In this document: positions 13,882 to 31,060 of the stretch, piece by piece
How the letters are laid out: the number at the start of each line of letters is the position of its first letter
Position numbering within the stretch: the first letter of the stretch is position 1
Assembly (NCBI RefSeq): GCF_009914755.1
Contig: NC_060925.1
Length of the DNA: 64,000 nt
Strand: one strand, 5' to 3'
From: the human T2T-CHM13v2.0 reference genome, Homo sapiens
Made by a program: the position numbers and the translations under genes
The notes under the pieces: model-generated
The model's input: only the letters and a program-made list of their open reading frames with translations
Database searches by the model: none
Told to the model about the DNA's origin: nothing

Positions 13882-14689
13882 TGTCCATTCAGTTTCAATG
13901 AACTTTAAACAACAAAAAATGCCATTTGGGTGGCTGGTTTCAGTCTTCCCTGTCAATGCTCAGCCTCCAAATATTCACTAACACATAGAACAATAGGAGG
14001 ACTGTTACTCTCCTCTCACACCTACTACTTGGGAGAGAACATCTGCTACCAGATCCTGGAGGCCCTTCTCAAGCCCCCTAACCTGGCCCCATGTGGTTCT
14101 TTCTGTTTTTTCTCCTAGAAGGCATTGTGACCTTACTGGTCCCATGTTGGGCATCAAATCTGTGAATGGCTCACACTTGGACTTACGCACACAGCATAAG
14201 TAATAGGGGATATCTATGCATAAGAAAGATTAGTATGTTGTCAGCTCCCCACACCCATAATTCCACAGCATGACACCAAACTGGAGTTACTAGATGACAA
14301 CCCAAGTGGTGGGTTGCTCTGTCAAGAAGGGGCCAATTTTATATTGCAGCTAGGCAGTTACAGTCTGTAGCTGTACCATTGAGGGGATCGGGGCAAGATG
14401 CAAATTTCCATGGCTTACCAGAAACAGGTGAGAAACTGCCTGCTGGTAGCCTGCTGCAAGACAAGGAGGCCCCCAAAAGAGATGAGTAAGAAATAGTCTT
14501 ATGATAATGGCTCACAAGACTACTTCCCTTACCATGGTCCAGGAGGGCATTTGGTCAAGGTTTGAGTCATAGTATGGTTGAGCCTTGCCTATGTAAAGTT
14601 TAAGCAAAGCCATTCCCTTGTACCTTGTACCTTGAAGAGAGTTTCATTGGATATAATATCCTTAATTTGCACTTTCTTCTTTTTAATGA

Positions 14690-14973
<284 letters not shown>

Positions 14974-15691
14974 AAGGAGTCTCTCTCCCTCCTTGTGTTC
15001 TGGTCTGTGAATGGCTCACACTTGAACTTAGTGTAGGCTCCTAGTGGGAGGAGCAGGGGTGGCGAAAATCCTCATCATATGGATAAACATAACCCAAACC
15101 TCTAGAGGTTTCATAATTTTCCTCTTGCTTCTAAAAACATAGTCATGTCTTATGGGGTGTTATGTACTTTATATCTTAACATTTTCCACTTGCTGCTTCT
15201 TGGTTTGAGGGGAGAAATGCCAGCATGTGGCAAATGGAGAATAAGACTGGTGGAAGCCTCAGGGCAAGGCCTTCACTTCCCAGTGACACTGTTCCCAATT
15301 CCCTCCAGCATGAGCTGAGCCTCCTCAGGCTGTGGTTGTGCAGCAGACAGGGTGTGAGGAAACCCTGCTCAACCCTGGTTACCCAGGATGGCACTGAGTT
15401 CTAAAAAGCAAAGGTTATGTGGTGAGGGGCCTGGCTGAAGACCTGGTGTGGTACTTTTGTGAGCAGTGGCACCAATAGAGGCTGGGTAGGAGAGAGGTGC
15501 AGGGCCTAGCTCCCCAAAAGACCAACAGATAAACTGGGGCAGAGAGAGAGATTCCAGTGTAACCGGGAAGGCTGCAGATCATAACAACTATGGCTGCTGA
15601 TTTGGCATCAAAGATGTGGCATTGTCAAAGCCACAATTGTTGAGAATGGCACCAACATGCTGCAGCTGGAGAGAGTGGGTGACCAACATTT

Positions 15692-16329
15692 TGAAGTGGC
15701 ATAGTTGTCTGGGGTAAATACCCAACGTTTGTTGCCTCACACCAAGGGAACTGAGGATGTGGACACACAAGAAGTGGGTTTAGGAGTGGAGGTTTACTAG
15801 GCAAAAGAAAGAGAAAGGAAAATAGCTCTCTCTCCTGAGAGAGAGAGGGTTGCCAGAGTGGAACTTCTGGTTTTGTGGTGAAGTGCACAGGGTTTTATAG
15901 GCTGGCTTGAGGAGGCAGTGTCTGATTCACATAGGGCCCAAAGATTGGTTGGACCAGGTGTGACATTTACATAGCGCTGGAAGAAGCTGGCCACCCAACC
16001 CTAATCTTCTTCTTATGCAAATGGGTTTTCTACTTTACTCGCACCATGTTGTCTGCTCCTTACTGTACACGTGGTTAGAAAGGAAAAGGGAAGATGGAGC
16101 CACCATGTTGAACATGCCTACCCCCCAGGTAGCCTTGTCCTATTGGCACAGCCGCCAGCAGTCACCTGTGCAAGCTTCCAGCTTGCTTATCTATGTCTGC
16201 AGCTCCATTTTACAGGCTGCTTTTTGTTAGAAAAGAAATTATTTGGTGGCTGCTTTTCATTAAAAGGGAACCTTACCAAGGACTTCCTTACCCTAATGCC
16301 TAAATAATTTCTTTTTAACTCCTATATCA
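15692..16329 (-). mobile_element. ERV1 solo LTR (MER50-like) inserted in the retrocopy 3'UTR
   Basis: TG...CA termini; - strand begins TGATATAGGAGTTAAAAAGAAATTATTTAGGC; 4-bp TSD ATTT at 15688-15691 and 16330-16333. Confidence 0.8.
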
Positions 16330-16444
16330 ATTTGTTTGAAGAACAGATGACACTTTGAATGGCCCAGCCCACAGCCCAGAATTTCAAGGGAAGACCTTGA
16401 ATTCAAGGGAGACAATGTCTCCCGTAAAATCACCTAGGCACTTA

Positions 16445-16820
<376 letters not shown>

Positions 16821-17325
16821 TTAATTCCTTCTGGATCCACTTTAGTGCCATCCTACCCCACTGCTGGGGGCTGGGGTGGCCCAGCCACACTGCACTTTCT
16901 ATATATAAGTTTTTTGAAAATGCTGCTTCACTGTTACCTTGCCTTGTATGTTAGTGCCCATCTAATTCAGTTGCTTTTGTAACTTGTTCCACAGTGATGC
17001 CTGGAGACCTGAGTATGTTTTATCTTTAAAATCTAATAATGTTACTAGGATATTGTCTTGAAGTTGATCATCCTGGTTTAATTTTTGCTGCCACTTTATG
17101 GGCTCTTTCAATGTGCCTCATCACATAAGTAATGTCATTTTCATTTTTGTAAATCAAGTCTCCTAGATTGTTCACCTGAAAGCCTGATTCTCCTTTAGAG
17201 AAAAAAATGCTAAAAAACAAAACAAAACAACAAAAAAAACAAAACATTATATATCGCATTACAATTTTATTCAACAAATACAGAGGTTTCCAGAATAGTT
17301 AAAACAAAGTAGAAAACAACTCTGG

Positions 17326-17903
17326 TGTTATAAGAGCAGTAGGTTCATATGCCCACTGTGCAGTAATAGACCAATACACTAAGACAGCAGTTTGCAACAA
17401 AGAATTTAATGATCACAGGGCAGCCAAGGAGAGAGATATGAGTAGACCCTCAAATCCATCTCCTCAAGAACTTCTGCGTTAGGGTTTTTAAGGGGATTGT
17501 GGAGGGTGAGGGGTTGGAAAATTAAGGTTGTTGATTGGGCAGGGGAAGGGGGATGAAATCATTAGGATTTGGAAACTGCATACTGAGTCAGTTCCTCAGT
17601 GGGGTCCTTCAGACCAGCTGACATCAGTAGTTTCACTGGTACACAGGATCTGAAAGAATATCTCTAACGGGAAACTTAACATTTCATAATCTTCAGGTTG
17701 TTATCTATAGAACAGTTCAGGAGAACTATAATCTAGGGCCTGCCTGATTCTAGCACAAACAGCACCAAACAACTGTGAGGAAGCAGGTCCAAGAGCAGGC
17801 TGCTCTCAAGAGTAATGCAAAATTGCTGCAAGCTTGTTTATTTTTGTTTCTCCCCTTCCCTTCTTCCCTGATTAATTTTATAAAGTTTATAGGGACAGTT
17901 TCA
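17326..17903 (-). mobile_element. ERV1 solo LTR (MER66-like)
   Basis: TG...CA termini; - strand begins TGAAACTGTCCCTATAAACTTTATAAAATTAATCAGGG; TSD-like CTGG/ATGG. Confidence 0.7.
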
Positions 17904-18863
17904 ATGGCTTCAACACAGTATTGCCAGGTAAGGACTTGAACCCAAGAGGCGGAAGTTGCAGTGAGTCAAGACCAAGCCACTGCTGCACTGCCCAGTCTCA
18001 AAAAATAAAAATTAAAAAAAAATCAGGCCAACACCTGTTGACACACATTGCTAGGAATCCCTTTGGGAAAGCAAATGGGCTCACGGAACACACGGAGGCC
18101 ATGGTGGGTGACAATGTTAACTAATTCTGTTCATGGTGTCCAGGGTACAGGCCTGAGGGTCCACTCGCCACCTCTGCCCAAAGCCACGTCTCCACTGCTC
18201 CCCTCATCTCCGCACGGATTCCTCCCCACGTGCCTCCCCTTTTCTTGGACTGCCGACACCTGACACCACCAAGGTGACTGCTCCTCCCCACAGCTTCTCT
18301 CCTTCAGGGGACTTCACTTCTTGTTCCTCGCTCCATAGTGAGGCGTGACCCAGCGGTCAGCCCAAGGTCTAGCATGCGAATCAGGGACGTGATGGTTCTT
18401 TGGGATTCTAGGGATCTACCTGGAGAATAGATGAAAGTAACAAAAGTTTTACATACCAATATTCAAAACTGCATCAAACTACCAGAAACACTTGCCACTT
18501 TCAAAGATAGACTATGCTAAGTAGCTCCAGGTGTGTGCCACCATGCCTGGCAAATTTTTGTATTTTTAGTAGAGACTGGGTTTCACCATGTTGGCCAGGC
18601 TAGTCTCAAACTCCTGACCTCAGGTGATCCACCTGCCTTGACCTGCCAAAGTGCTGGGATTACAGGAATGGCTCTTGACTCTAACTGCAAGGTCCCTAGA
18701 TCATTAGATCATTTCCTGAATATCTTATGCTTCAGGCATTGGCCATCACTTGGGTTACCATTGTCATAAATCAAAAGCCTCCACAACCAAGGCCCTTAAA
18801 CATGGGATAGCCTGTGCAGGGCAGAAGTATAAAGAATATAGAGAAGTGAAGCACAAAACTTGT

Positions 18864-18934
18864 TGCATTGGCCAGGAATTAAACCAGGGTCTCCTATGCA
18901 GGCGGTGAGAATTCTACCACTGGACCACAAATCC
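18864..18934 (-). pseudogene. tRNA-Gly pseudogene (Gly-CCC-derived)
   Basis: Reverse complement is GGATTTGTGGTCCAGTGGTAGAATTCTCACCGCCTGCATAGGAGACCCTGGTTTAATTCCTGGCCAATGCA (71 nt), colinear with tRNA-Gly; anticodon arm, acceptor stem and B box mutated. Confidence 0.85.
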
Positions 18935-21029
18935 GGCTCTTATGTGTGGTCCTGGAGAAACAATTGAAATACAATACTGAAAAAGACAGAAATTGTTCCA
19001 AAAGAAGCTTTTTGCAGTATTGACTAAAAGCTAACAGTAGACATCCAAAACCAAGGTTTTTACAGAATACTTTTACTAGACAAAACTATAAATATTAAAA
19101 TAGCTTATTTGATCAAACTTTAATTCCGAAAAAGGCTCCTTCCAACTGCGTAACAGACTCCTATAGAAAAACATCAGAAATTCATCCAGGTTCCTTGTTT
19201 CTGATCCTAAATCTTCAATTTAGGACCTCAACCTCAAACTGTTGCTTTAGTGGCTCTGGGAAGGAAGCACTAACTGGCAGCATAGGTAAGTAAAGTTTTA
19301 ATCTAGGGAAGAAATAAGAAGCAGAATCAGAATTAGAATTAGAAGAAAGAGGGAATATGCTATACCAGAATATCATAGGCAAAAAAAGAAGACAAAGAAA
19401 GAGGAAATGAAAGGACAGAAGGTAATGCTAATGGAGTTAGTTATTTGTGGCCGTTTTTTGTAAAAGAGTAATGATCAGTCTTGTAATCATTATAATACTA
19501 TTATTTGCTTTCTAAAATGTCTAAAATATTTGAAGGAATTTATGATATAAAAAGATGAATAATGCTTGCAGTCAGTGTTTCATTGTTTGGGAGAACCCAG
19601 TTTCCTCAGTTAATACACTTTCGTGTAATAGCTGTTTAAGGAGTAACATGGTTTAAAGACATATTAATGGCTGAAATATTAACATATTGGTCTTTTGATG
19701 AAGTTCAAATAGAGAGATTTCTTTCCCCAATTTTCCCTGGAAAGATTAAACTGAAGAGAAAAATCTGGAAAGTTTGCCCCACATGTTGGGTCTGGGAGTC
19801 ATTATGATTTTTTCAAAGACAGGAGTTGTGTATGACATGGAATCATGCTTCTTCTCTAGTTGAGAAGCCAAGCTAGGTCCAGGCTGAGTCATAAACTTGA
19901 ACCCAACAAGGAAATCACCCTTCACACTGGCCTTGCAGAGCTTTGGCTCAATCTGTTCTCTGCCCAACACCCAAGACACATACTAGTTCTGGCCAACAAA
20001 CCTTCACATATTGTCTGTGTCAACCAGAGCTACATTTATTCCGAAATCTCTTTCTAAAATACAAACCTGTACTTTCTACTCTCAACCCCAAAATTTACAA
20101 GAGGCCTCATATGCATCTCAGAGTCACAGATGCTAAAACTCAACACACCAGTGAGTTCCCTGTCAGCATCATATACTACCCTCTACCTCAATGATCAGCC
20201 CCAAGCCAGCATCTCCCAAAGAGTAGTGTGTTGCTGTGGGTGTTTCAACAGATCACTAAAACCTGCTTCTACCCCTGCCTAGACACTTATCCTCACTGCT
20301 ATGCATCCTGCTCCTCAAATCAGATCTTGATATCTTCTTTAAACACTCCCAATCTCCCAACACGACAATTCATTTCCAAAGAATTATAGTATTTAAATTT
20401 ATTGGACTCTATACAGACTCATTCCCACTTTGTTACTACGCTGGTCCATCCATCACCTCCATTAACATAAGTAGATCAAAAACTGGCCTCTCTACAGCCA
20501 GTCTTGTCTATTCCAACCCATTTGCCACACTGTATCCTGAGTGACCTTTCCACAGTGTAAATCTGGACATACCTGTAGCCTTAAATCATATCTACCAACA
20601 TAGTAGCCAAGCAACAGCAATCTCTTTTCCTTTGGTCATTAGAGTCCTAGAGACCAAGAGGATGTTGGGAAAAGAATTACCATGGATCAGCTCTCAGAGG
20701 CAGTAGGTTCTGGACTCATGCTGGCTTTGATACGTGTGCATTGGAAAAGCTCAAGTACCTGGCAATACTTGGAGATTAGGAAGAAAGGATGAAAATAAAC
20801 CACTGCACTAAATAACATGACAATAATCACTTATACAAAAATTTTAAAGATAAGGAATATTTAAAGATTTATTAGTTTATTATAGCTTTATAGTTGGAGA
20901 GTGAAGAAGAAAATACCAAAGCTTTTTGTCTTAACAAAATGGTGCAGACAGATTAACATATATTGTCACCTATGATAACCAGTCAGCATAAAAAGTATTT
21001 AGAAAGGAATGGTTATATTCTCTAAGAGA

Positions 21030-22800
<1,771 letters not shown>

Positions 22801-25800
22801 TGTGTAAATTGTTAACAAAACCCTTTTCTCCTTCTGCATGATAATTTGACCTTAATTAACTTTCCAGCTCTGTCCACCTAGAGCCTTCTAATGACAAAAT
22901 GTCAACTATGTTACTAAGCAAACATTGCATATCATAAAAAAGACTCCTAACTGATGGACTACACTTGGACTGGGAAAACTAAGTATCTGGAAGAAGCCAG
23001 ACTTTGAGCTTCTCTGAATGCAGTGACTCCTATAACTTGCATACACCTGGCATGGGCATTGGAAACTACTCTATTAAGTTCTTAACAAGAGATAATGGCT
23101 CCAGGATGGTGCCACATGCACCTCAGCTGTCCCCAAGTAGACAATGAGGGGTGGAGAGTCAAGAGACTATCTCCTAGGTACTGTGTGGACTGCTGCTGCA
23201 GGGACTGCTCCTATAGAAATATCATGCCTGATGCTGCCCTGATAGCAAGCTATAATTCTTATCCTACATCTCTCGGATTAATCTGGTGCCAAGTATGGCC
23301 TCTGAGATTCTTGTGAGCCTGAACGTTAACTTGAAGCTAAGAAAACATCCAAGTGGGCAAAATTCTTCCAAATTTTTGTTTCATGAATAATGTAGACATC
23401 ATTGTTTTGCAGTCTTTCTAATATATCTAATATTTGGGGGCTTGATTTCAACTGCCTGACATGTCTGCTGGTTTTCACACCTGGTTTAGTTTCTTTGGGT
23501 TCATTATTATTTTTGAGTATGTGCCATATCTTGTATCTGGAAAAATATTTTTGGAATAATCTGAGATCTACAATGAAAGCTTTCTTGCCCAGCACCTGGG
23601 GGTACTTCCAGCCCAGAACCACCTTTAATCAAGTAAAAGGTGTGAAAGATGCTCTGAACTTAAACTGTGTAACATAAGGGATGTTTCTTTTATAGTTCAT
23701 TTTTATCCCAAGATTATAGAAATGTAAGGTCCTACCTTATTGTAGGATTATTCTCCTGATAAACTCCCCAACTTGGGCAGACTCTGGTCTTCTATTTCTG
23801 TCCCATTAGTCACAGAAGGCTGTCAAACCCTAATATGCAGGTCAGGAAATGTCCTTAGCCAAAAAATGGCTTCTCTGCTTGCTTACGGCTCTGGGTTCCA
23901 GTTTTTCCTTTACTTCAGGCCTCGTAATTCTTCAGTGTTAATCATCATCTTGATGCTTTTAAAAATATTTGTTTCCTATATATTACCTAAATAGCTTAGT
24001 CAGTGTTACCAGAAATGTATCATCAACTTTTAAAATATACTAAATGCTTAAAAAAATAAAGTCATATTTTACTGCTATGGCTCTGACTTGAAACTAAGTT
24101 GATGAGGCCATGAGCTGGAGCACAAATCAGTCCCCCCACTGTGAAACTGTCAGGTCACCACAAATACAGATTTTATTAGCAATGCAGAATTTTTCTTTTC
24201 CCTCTTAAGTCATCCAGTGACCAATCGGTTCTAGGCCACAAGATCAAAAACTCCGGTCTCAAAATCTAACAACCCCCAGCTGGTAATCTCACACATGTTC
24301 AGATTTTACTTTGTAAAAGAGAATCAAGCCACATCATATAAAATTAAACATTTATTATTTTTCTTAATAGTCTAATAGAGATATACATTTGTGTATATTG
24401 GCCGGAAATTGGGCTAAAATTTTCACAAATGGAAATCAAGAATGTTACCATAGAACTATCAATGCCAACTTTAACTATTTGAATCAGATGGCATAGCCTA
24501 GTTTCCTCTACAACTGACAGCACACTCTTTGGTATTTTGGTATTTTTCAGTGTCCTTGAAATGTTTAACTACCCACTAAAGAACAGGTCACATGGAATTA
24601 ATAAACAAAGGGCTTCAGTTTCCATCAAGCACCTTCAAGTGACAGGAACAGGGATTTAAATAAAAGGATCTAAGTCAGCACAGGAAAGTGACTATGCTGC
24701 CAAAGTGACTCAAACTCAAAAGGACAGGATGAGACTTACTCAGAACTTCGAGGAAGTGTAGAGAAATTATCCACCACTTTTTATCCTAGAGGTGCTTTTG
24801 TGGTTGTGACCATACCGTAGAATGATTTGGGGATCCCTTCCAACTGGAAGGACATCTTAGACTGAGGGAACCCAAGAAACCTGATTTCGGTCACCCCTGA
24901 CCATCATAAATCCCATGCAACAGGTCCATGCATTATCTAATGTTGACTCTGGGAATGGTCATTGTCATTGTTTCCTATTTGAATGGTTGTCACATTTCCT
25001 GCTTCAAATGATATCCAGAAATGATGGCTTGGGACCATATTCTCAATTTTTAGGTGGCAAATAGACTCCAGAGACATCACACATAATAAAATACTTGGAC
25101 TTTGAAAGGAAAGAGTCAAGTCTATGACTTACAAGCTTATAAAGATCCCTCAGATGAGTTATGTACATGGATTGAGAATCAGAAAAGGAAGGATGCTCTC
25201 TCAGGAGATAGAAAAACCAGATAAAAGGAACAACTGAAATTATCTGACCCATCCCCTCATCGCCTGTGTAGAAGGGAAATGCTTACTTTATCTAACCAGT
25301 GGATAACAGACAGCCTCTTTCATTTTGGAGCTACCAAAAAGAAAAATAAATTGTGGTTTGGTTCAGTTCCCTTTTGACCAGTATGTTCTTGAAATTTCGA
25401 AAACATTTTACTCTTTTTCCTTTTAGTGTTTCAGTGTGGATAATTTCATTTGATCTATTTTCAAGTTCATTTTTTAGGCCAAAATTTGTCAAATATTGGC
25501 AATTTCATATGATTCAACTTAATATATTAACCTAATGTGCCAAATTCAAATTTGTTTCTATACTACTAAATAATATCCCCCGAAACGCTTTGCCAATTTA
25601 CTCCTACTGACAGTGTATGAAAATATCCATTTTATTTCATCCTTTACAAGGTGCTATTATCAATAATTTATACTTTTACCAATCTGGGAAGTGAAAAAGA
25701 CATTTAATTGTCTTGACTTGCATCTCCCTTATTACTGGTTAGTTTAAATTTCTATTCTCCGTTCATTTTTCTGTTTATTTTCTTTTGTAGTACCTACTAC

Positions 25801-25880
25801 TTCTTGATATCTTTATTTAAGCTTTATATATTTACTTTTTACCTGTTAATTGTTGTAATCACCCACTAAAGAGTAAATTC

Positions 25881-26160
25881 TGGCTGGGCACAGTAGCTTA
25901 CGCCTATAATCCCAGCACTTTGGAAGGCCCAGGTGAATGGATCACTTGAGGCCAGGAGTTTGAGACCAGCCTGGCCAACATGGTGAAACCCCATCTCTAC
26001 TACAAATAAAAAAATTAGCTGGGCATGGTGATGCACACCTGTGATCCCAGCTACGCAGGAGACTGAGACACAATAAACGCTTGAACCAGGGAGGCAGAGG
26101 TTGCAATAAGCCGAGATCACACCACTGCACTCCAACCTGGGCGAGGAAAAAGAAAAAGAA
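25881..26160 (+). mobile_element. Alu
   Basis: Sense Alu dimer. Confidence 0.9.
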
Positions 26161-27349
26161 TCAGTTCCATCAGAGCATGGATTAAGTCTCATTCACCACT
26201 CTAGTGCCTAGAACATTTTATGTACTCAACATATAATAGTTAAATGAATGAATGAAAGTTAGACTGTAGGGGTGTCCATGAAAGTAGATATTAGCTAAGT
26301 TCCCAGAGATTGACTCCTCTTTTCCTGGTTCTCACACTTCAAGCTCTGTTAAGCCTGGAGGAGGGTGTTTTGTCTTTAAAAAGATACAGCTCCAGGTTAC
26401 CCCTTTGGACCAGTTCCTGTTCTTAGGTATCAGACTTCCTCTATTCATGAATGGTGGATATATATGATTTCCTGTGATGTTTCTTTACATTATGACCATA
26501 ATGAGCGTTGATTTTTAGTTCCTGATCCCCTCATGTAATGACTGTTCAATTAATGACTTTTTGCCATAATGGCTATTATAAAGCTATGTCACTTTTTGGA
26601 CAACTCCTTTTTTATTATAATGATTTGTCACCCCAAAATAAATAAACATGCTATAAGAAATTATATTTTGACATCATGGTTTCAAGCAGACACTATGTAG
26701 GAGGATGTGTATGAATGAGCATGTAGGGAAGTGGCCAAAGAGGGGCCCACCCTCTGTAATCTGCTTTTTGATGCTAAGGTGAGGACTCTGCAAACCACAT
26801 CTTTTTTTTGCTTGCTGGCTTTATTAGTTTCTGTCAGTAAGGGGTGTTAAAAAGAGACTGAAAGGCTGGAGGAGGGATATAGGTCTGGCTGCTTCCTATT
26901 TTGTTTCTTGTTTCAATTAGCATCATCCCAGCCATAATTTTTTACTCTGAGAGTGGTCATTGTTTCCAGTTTCATTTCTTTTCTTTTCTTACAATCCCGG
27001 AGCCAGCCTCATGGCCCCCTCTCAAAGGCATGAGCATCAGCCAGTGGACACCTCTTCTTCAGAGATCTGAGTCCCTGCGACACTAGGTACTTCCTCTGAG
27101 TTCCAAGGCCACCAGCAACCTCCTTCTCAGAAGCCATCCTCCCAGTTATGTGTGGCCCTTCATCCAAGTTACCAAGTTCTAACAACCCAACCATTTTACC
27201 TTTGTTTCTACAACCCTAGGGTTGATCACTGCTTCGCTTTCTACACTTACTATCTCTGTGTTACATCAGTTCCCCTTTTGCCTTCTTAGACCTCCAATAC
27301 CTGTATAATTCCTTGTGTTAAATTCCCTCTGGTATACTGTTCATTTTCT

Positions 27350-27614
27350 ATTTTTTTTTTTTTTTTTTTTTTTTGAGACAGGGTCTTGCTCTGTTACCCA
27401 GACTCAAGTGCTGTGGTGCAATCATAGCTCACTGAAGCCTTAAACTCCTGGGCTCAAGTGAGTGTGCCACCATGCCCAGCTAATTTTTATTTTTTTTAGA
27501 CACAGTGTCTCACTCTTTTTCCCAGGCTAATCTTAAACTACTAGATTCAAGTGATCCTCCCATTTTGGCATCTCAAAGTGTTGAGATTACAGGTGTGAGC
27601 CACCATGCCCAGCC
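27350..27614 (-). mobile_element. Alu (AluJ-like, internally deleted)
   Basis: Poly-T followed by antisense Alu. Confidence 0.85.
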
Positions 27615-27722
27615 CATTTTCCTTTTAGACCCTGAATGACACACAGTACTACTCACCAATTTACCTGACATGACCATTTGTAGTCAGAGAATATTGTGTG
27701 AAACAACTTTGAATTGCATGAC

Positions 27723-29916
27723 TGTATTAGTCTGTTCTCACACTGCTAATAAAGACATACCTGAGACTAGGTAATTTAAAAAGAAAAGAGACTTGATTAA
27801 CTCACAGTTCAGCATGGCTGGGGAGCCCTCAGGAAACTTACAATCATGACAGAAGGAGATGCAAATACATCCCTCTTCACATGGCAGCAGCAAGGAGAAA
27901 TGCAGAGCAAAAGCGGGGAAAAGTCCCTTATAAAACCATCAGATCTCGTGAGAACTCACTATCATGAGAACAGCATGGGGGAAACCACCCCCACAATTCA
28001 ATTACCTCCCACTGGGTCCCTCTCATTATGTGGGGATTATGGGAACTACAATTCAAAATGTGATTTGGGTGGGGACACAGCAAAACCATATCATTCTGCC
28101 CTGGCCCCTCCCAAATCTCATGTCCTCACATTTTAAAACACAATCATACCTTCCCAAAAGTCCCCCAAAATTTTAACTCATCCCATAATTAGCTCAAAAG
28201 TCCAAGTCCAAAATCTCATCCAAAGGCAAGTCCCTTCTGTCTATGAGCCTGTAAAATCAAAAGCAAGTTAGTTACTTCCTTGATACAATGAGAGTACAGG
28301 CATTGGGTAAATACAGCCACTGCAAATGGGAGAGATTGGCCAAAACAAAGGAGCTACAGGCCCCAGGCAAGTCCAAAATTCAATAGGGCAGTAATTAAAT
28401 CCTTAAGCTCCAAAATAATATCCTTTGACTCCATGTCTCAAATCCAGATCACACTGATGCAAGAGGTGGGCTCCCATGATGTTGGGCAGCTCTGACCCTG
28501 TGACTTTGCAGGGTACAGCCCTCTTCCTGGCAGCTTTCACAGCTGGCATTGAGTGTCTGAGTCTTTTCCAGGTGCATGGTGCAAGCTGTCAGTGGTTTTA
28601 CTATCCTGGGGTCTAGAGGATGGTGGCCCTCTTCTCACAGCTTTACTAGGAAGTGTCCCAGTGGGGACTCTGTGTCGGGGCTCCAACCCCACATATCCCT
28701 TCTGCACTGCCCTAGCAGAGGTTCTCCATGAGGGCTCTGCCCTTGCAGCACACCTCTGCCTGGGCATCCAGGCATTTCCACACATCCCCTGAAATCTAGG
28801 TTCCCAAACCTCAGATCTTGTCCTCTGCACACCTGCAGGACCAACACCATGTGAAAGCTGCCAAGGCTTGGGGCTCGCACCCGCTGAAGTCATGACTCAA
28901 GGTGTACCTTGGCCCCTTGTAGCCATGGTTGGAGTGGCTGGGACACAGTGCACCAAGTTCCTAGGCTGTACACAGCAGGGAGGTCTCTGACATGCCCTGA
29001 AGACCTTTTCCCCACTGTCTTGGCGATTAACATTTGGTTCCTCATTACTTATGCAAATTTCTGCAGCCAGCTTGAATTTCTCCCTAGAAAACAGGTTTTT
29101 CTTTTCTACCACATAGGCTGCAAATTTTCCAAATTTTTATGCTCTGTCACCTCTTGAACGCTTTGCTGCTTAGAAATTTCATCTACCAGACACTCTAAAT
29201 CATCTCTCTCAAGTTCAGAATTCCACAGATCTCTAGAGCAGGGGGTAAAATGCTGCCAGTCTCTTTGCTAAAGCATAACAAGAGACCTTTCCTCTAGTTC
29301 CCAACTAGTTACCATTTCCATCTGAGACCACCTCAGCCTGGACTTTATTGTCCATATCACTATCAGCATTTTGGTCAAAGCCATTCAACAAGTCTCTAGG
29401 AAGTTCCAAACGTTCCCACATCTTCCTGTCTTCTTCTGAGCCCTCCAAACTGTTTCAACCTCTGCCTGTTACCCAGTTCCAAAGTTGCTTCTACATTTTC
29501 AAGTATCTTTACAGCAGTGCCCCACTACCCAGTACCAATTTACTGTATTAGTCCATTCTCACACTGCTAATAAAGACATACCTGAGACTGGGTAATTTAT
29601 AAAGGAAAGAGGTTTAATTGACTCACAGTTCTGCATGGCCAGGGATACCCCAGGAAACTTACAATCGCGGTGGAATGGGAAGCAAACGTGTCCTTCTTCA
29701 CATGGCAGCAGCAAGAAGTACAGAGCGAAGTGGGGGAAAAACCCCTTATAAAACCATCAGATCTCGTGAGAATCATTCACTATCATGAGAACAGCATGAA
29801 GGTAACTGGCCCCATGATTCACCTACCTCCCACTGGGTCCCTCCCATGACATGTGGGGATTATGGGAGCTACAGTTGAAGATGAGATTTGGGTGAGGACA
29901 CAGCCAAACCAAATCA
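27723..29916 (-). mobile_element. Full-length THE1 (MaLR, THE1C-like): LTR 27723-28093, internal region, LTR 29544-29916
   Basis: Two direct ~370-bp LTRs (TGTATTAGTC...ATCA) and a perfect 5-bp TSD ATGAC at 27718-27722 and 29917-29921. Confidence 0.95.
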
Positions 29917-30766
29917 ATGACATATTTAGATGAACCCAAAATACTGTTTTTCATACACATGCCAAGCAAAGTGAATGAGAGGGTTGCATCTTCTATGACT
30001 CTTCAATCTGCTGTACATGTTCACCATTTCAATATTCTATAAAGCCTTTTTGTGTTTAGCTTTTATTTGGTCAAAGCCTTAAGGTAAAGGAAATTATTAA
30101 TCACATTAAATTTGATATTGAATGCTGGTCTGGCACTGAATCTTCACTGACTTTGAAAGAATAATCCCCTCCCAGTCCTCCTCTATTGACCATCACCTAT
30201 AACCAAGTCTCCTCTTCCTCCTTTGATGAATACAATAAAAATTCATATGTGAAAACTGTATTTATTTTATTTTTATCTATTATTTACATAAATTTAGTTT
30301 GTTTAATCTATATGTTTTCTATCTTTTGGGTATCTTGGGTTAATTTTTCTGTTTAGAATAACAAAAACTTTTTATTCACTTCACATATTTTCACTTAGTT
30401 GTAAGATTTTCAAACATAAAGTCATTAAGCAAATGTTTGTGTACAAGACACACAGATACAGAAACTGCCAGGAGAGACTCTGATAACTTCCATACTTCTA
30501 ATTTTGCATATAAGCTGTCTTCAGGATACACAAAGACTGAGGGAAGAGAAGATGCTAAATGTAAATAATATACATTTATTTATGTATTCATTATCAAGCA
30601 TATGTTATCTGAATGTCTTTGTAAAGCAATATACAAATAGAATAGGAACGTGATATATTTACTTCCCCAGTTGTGGTGTAAGCATCCTCTAAAAATGCTT
30701 ACACCACAATTGGGGAAGTAAATATATCATGTATATAACGAATAGACTATAAAAAAGAACACATGG

Positions 30767-31060
30767 GGCAGGTACGACGGCTCATACCTGCAATCCAGAA
30801 CTTTGGGAGGCCAAGGCAGATGGATCACTTGAGGTCAGGAGTTTGAGACTAGCCTGGCCAATGTGGTGAAACCCCATCTCTATTAAAAATATAAAAATTA
30901 GCCGAGCGTGGTGGCACAGGCCTGTAATCCCAGCTACTTGGGAGGCTGAGGTGGAGGATCCCCTGAACCTGGGAGGTGGAGGTTGCTGTGAACTGAGATC
31001 ACACCACTGCCCTCCAGTCTGGGTGACAGAGTGAGACTCCATCTCAAAAAAAAAAAGAAA
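30767..31060 (+). mobile_element. Alu (AluS-like)
   Basis: Sense Alu dimer with A tail. Confidence 0.9.

Noticed and set aside
18340-18390. A-box-like GGCGTGACCCAGCGGTC as a further tRNA
   Set aside because: No cloverleaf or B box follows
27723-29916. PRDM9 hotspot or DUX4 motifs in the THE1 LTRs
   Set aside because: The corresponding positions are degenerate in both LTRs
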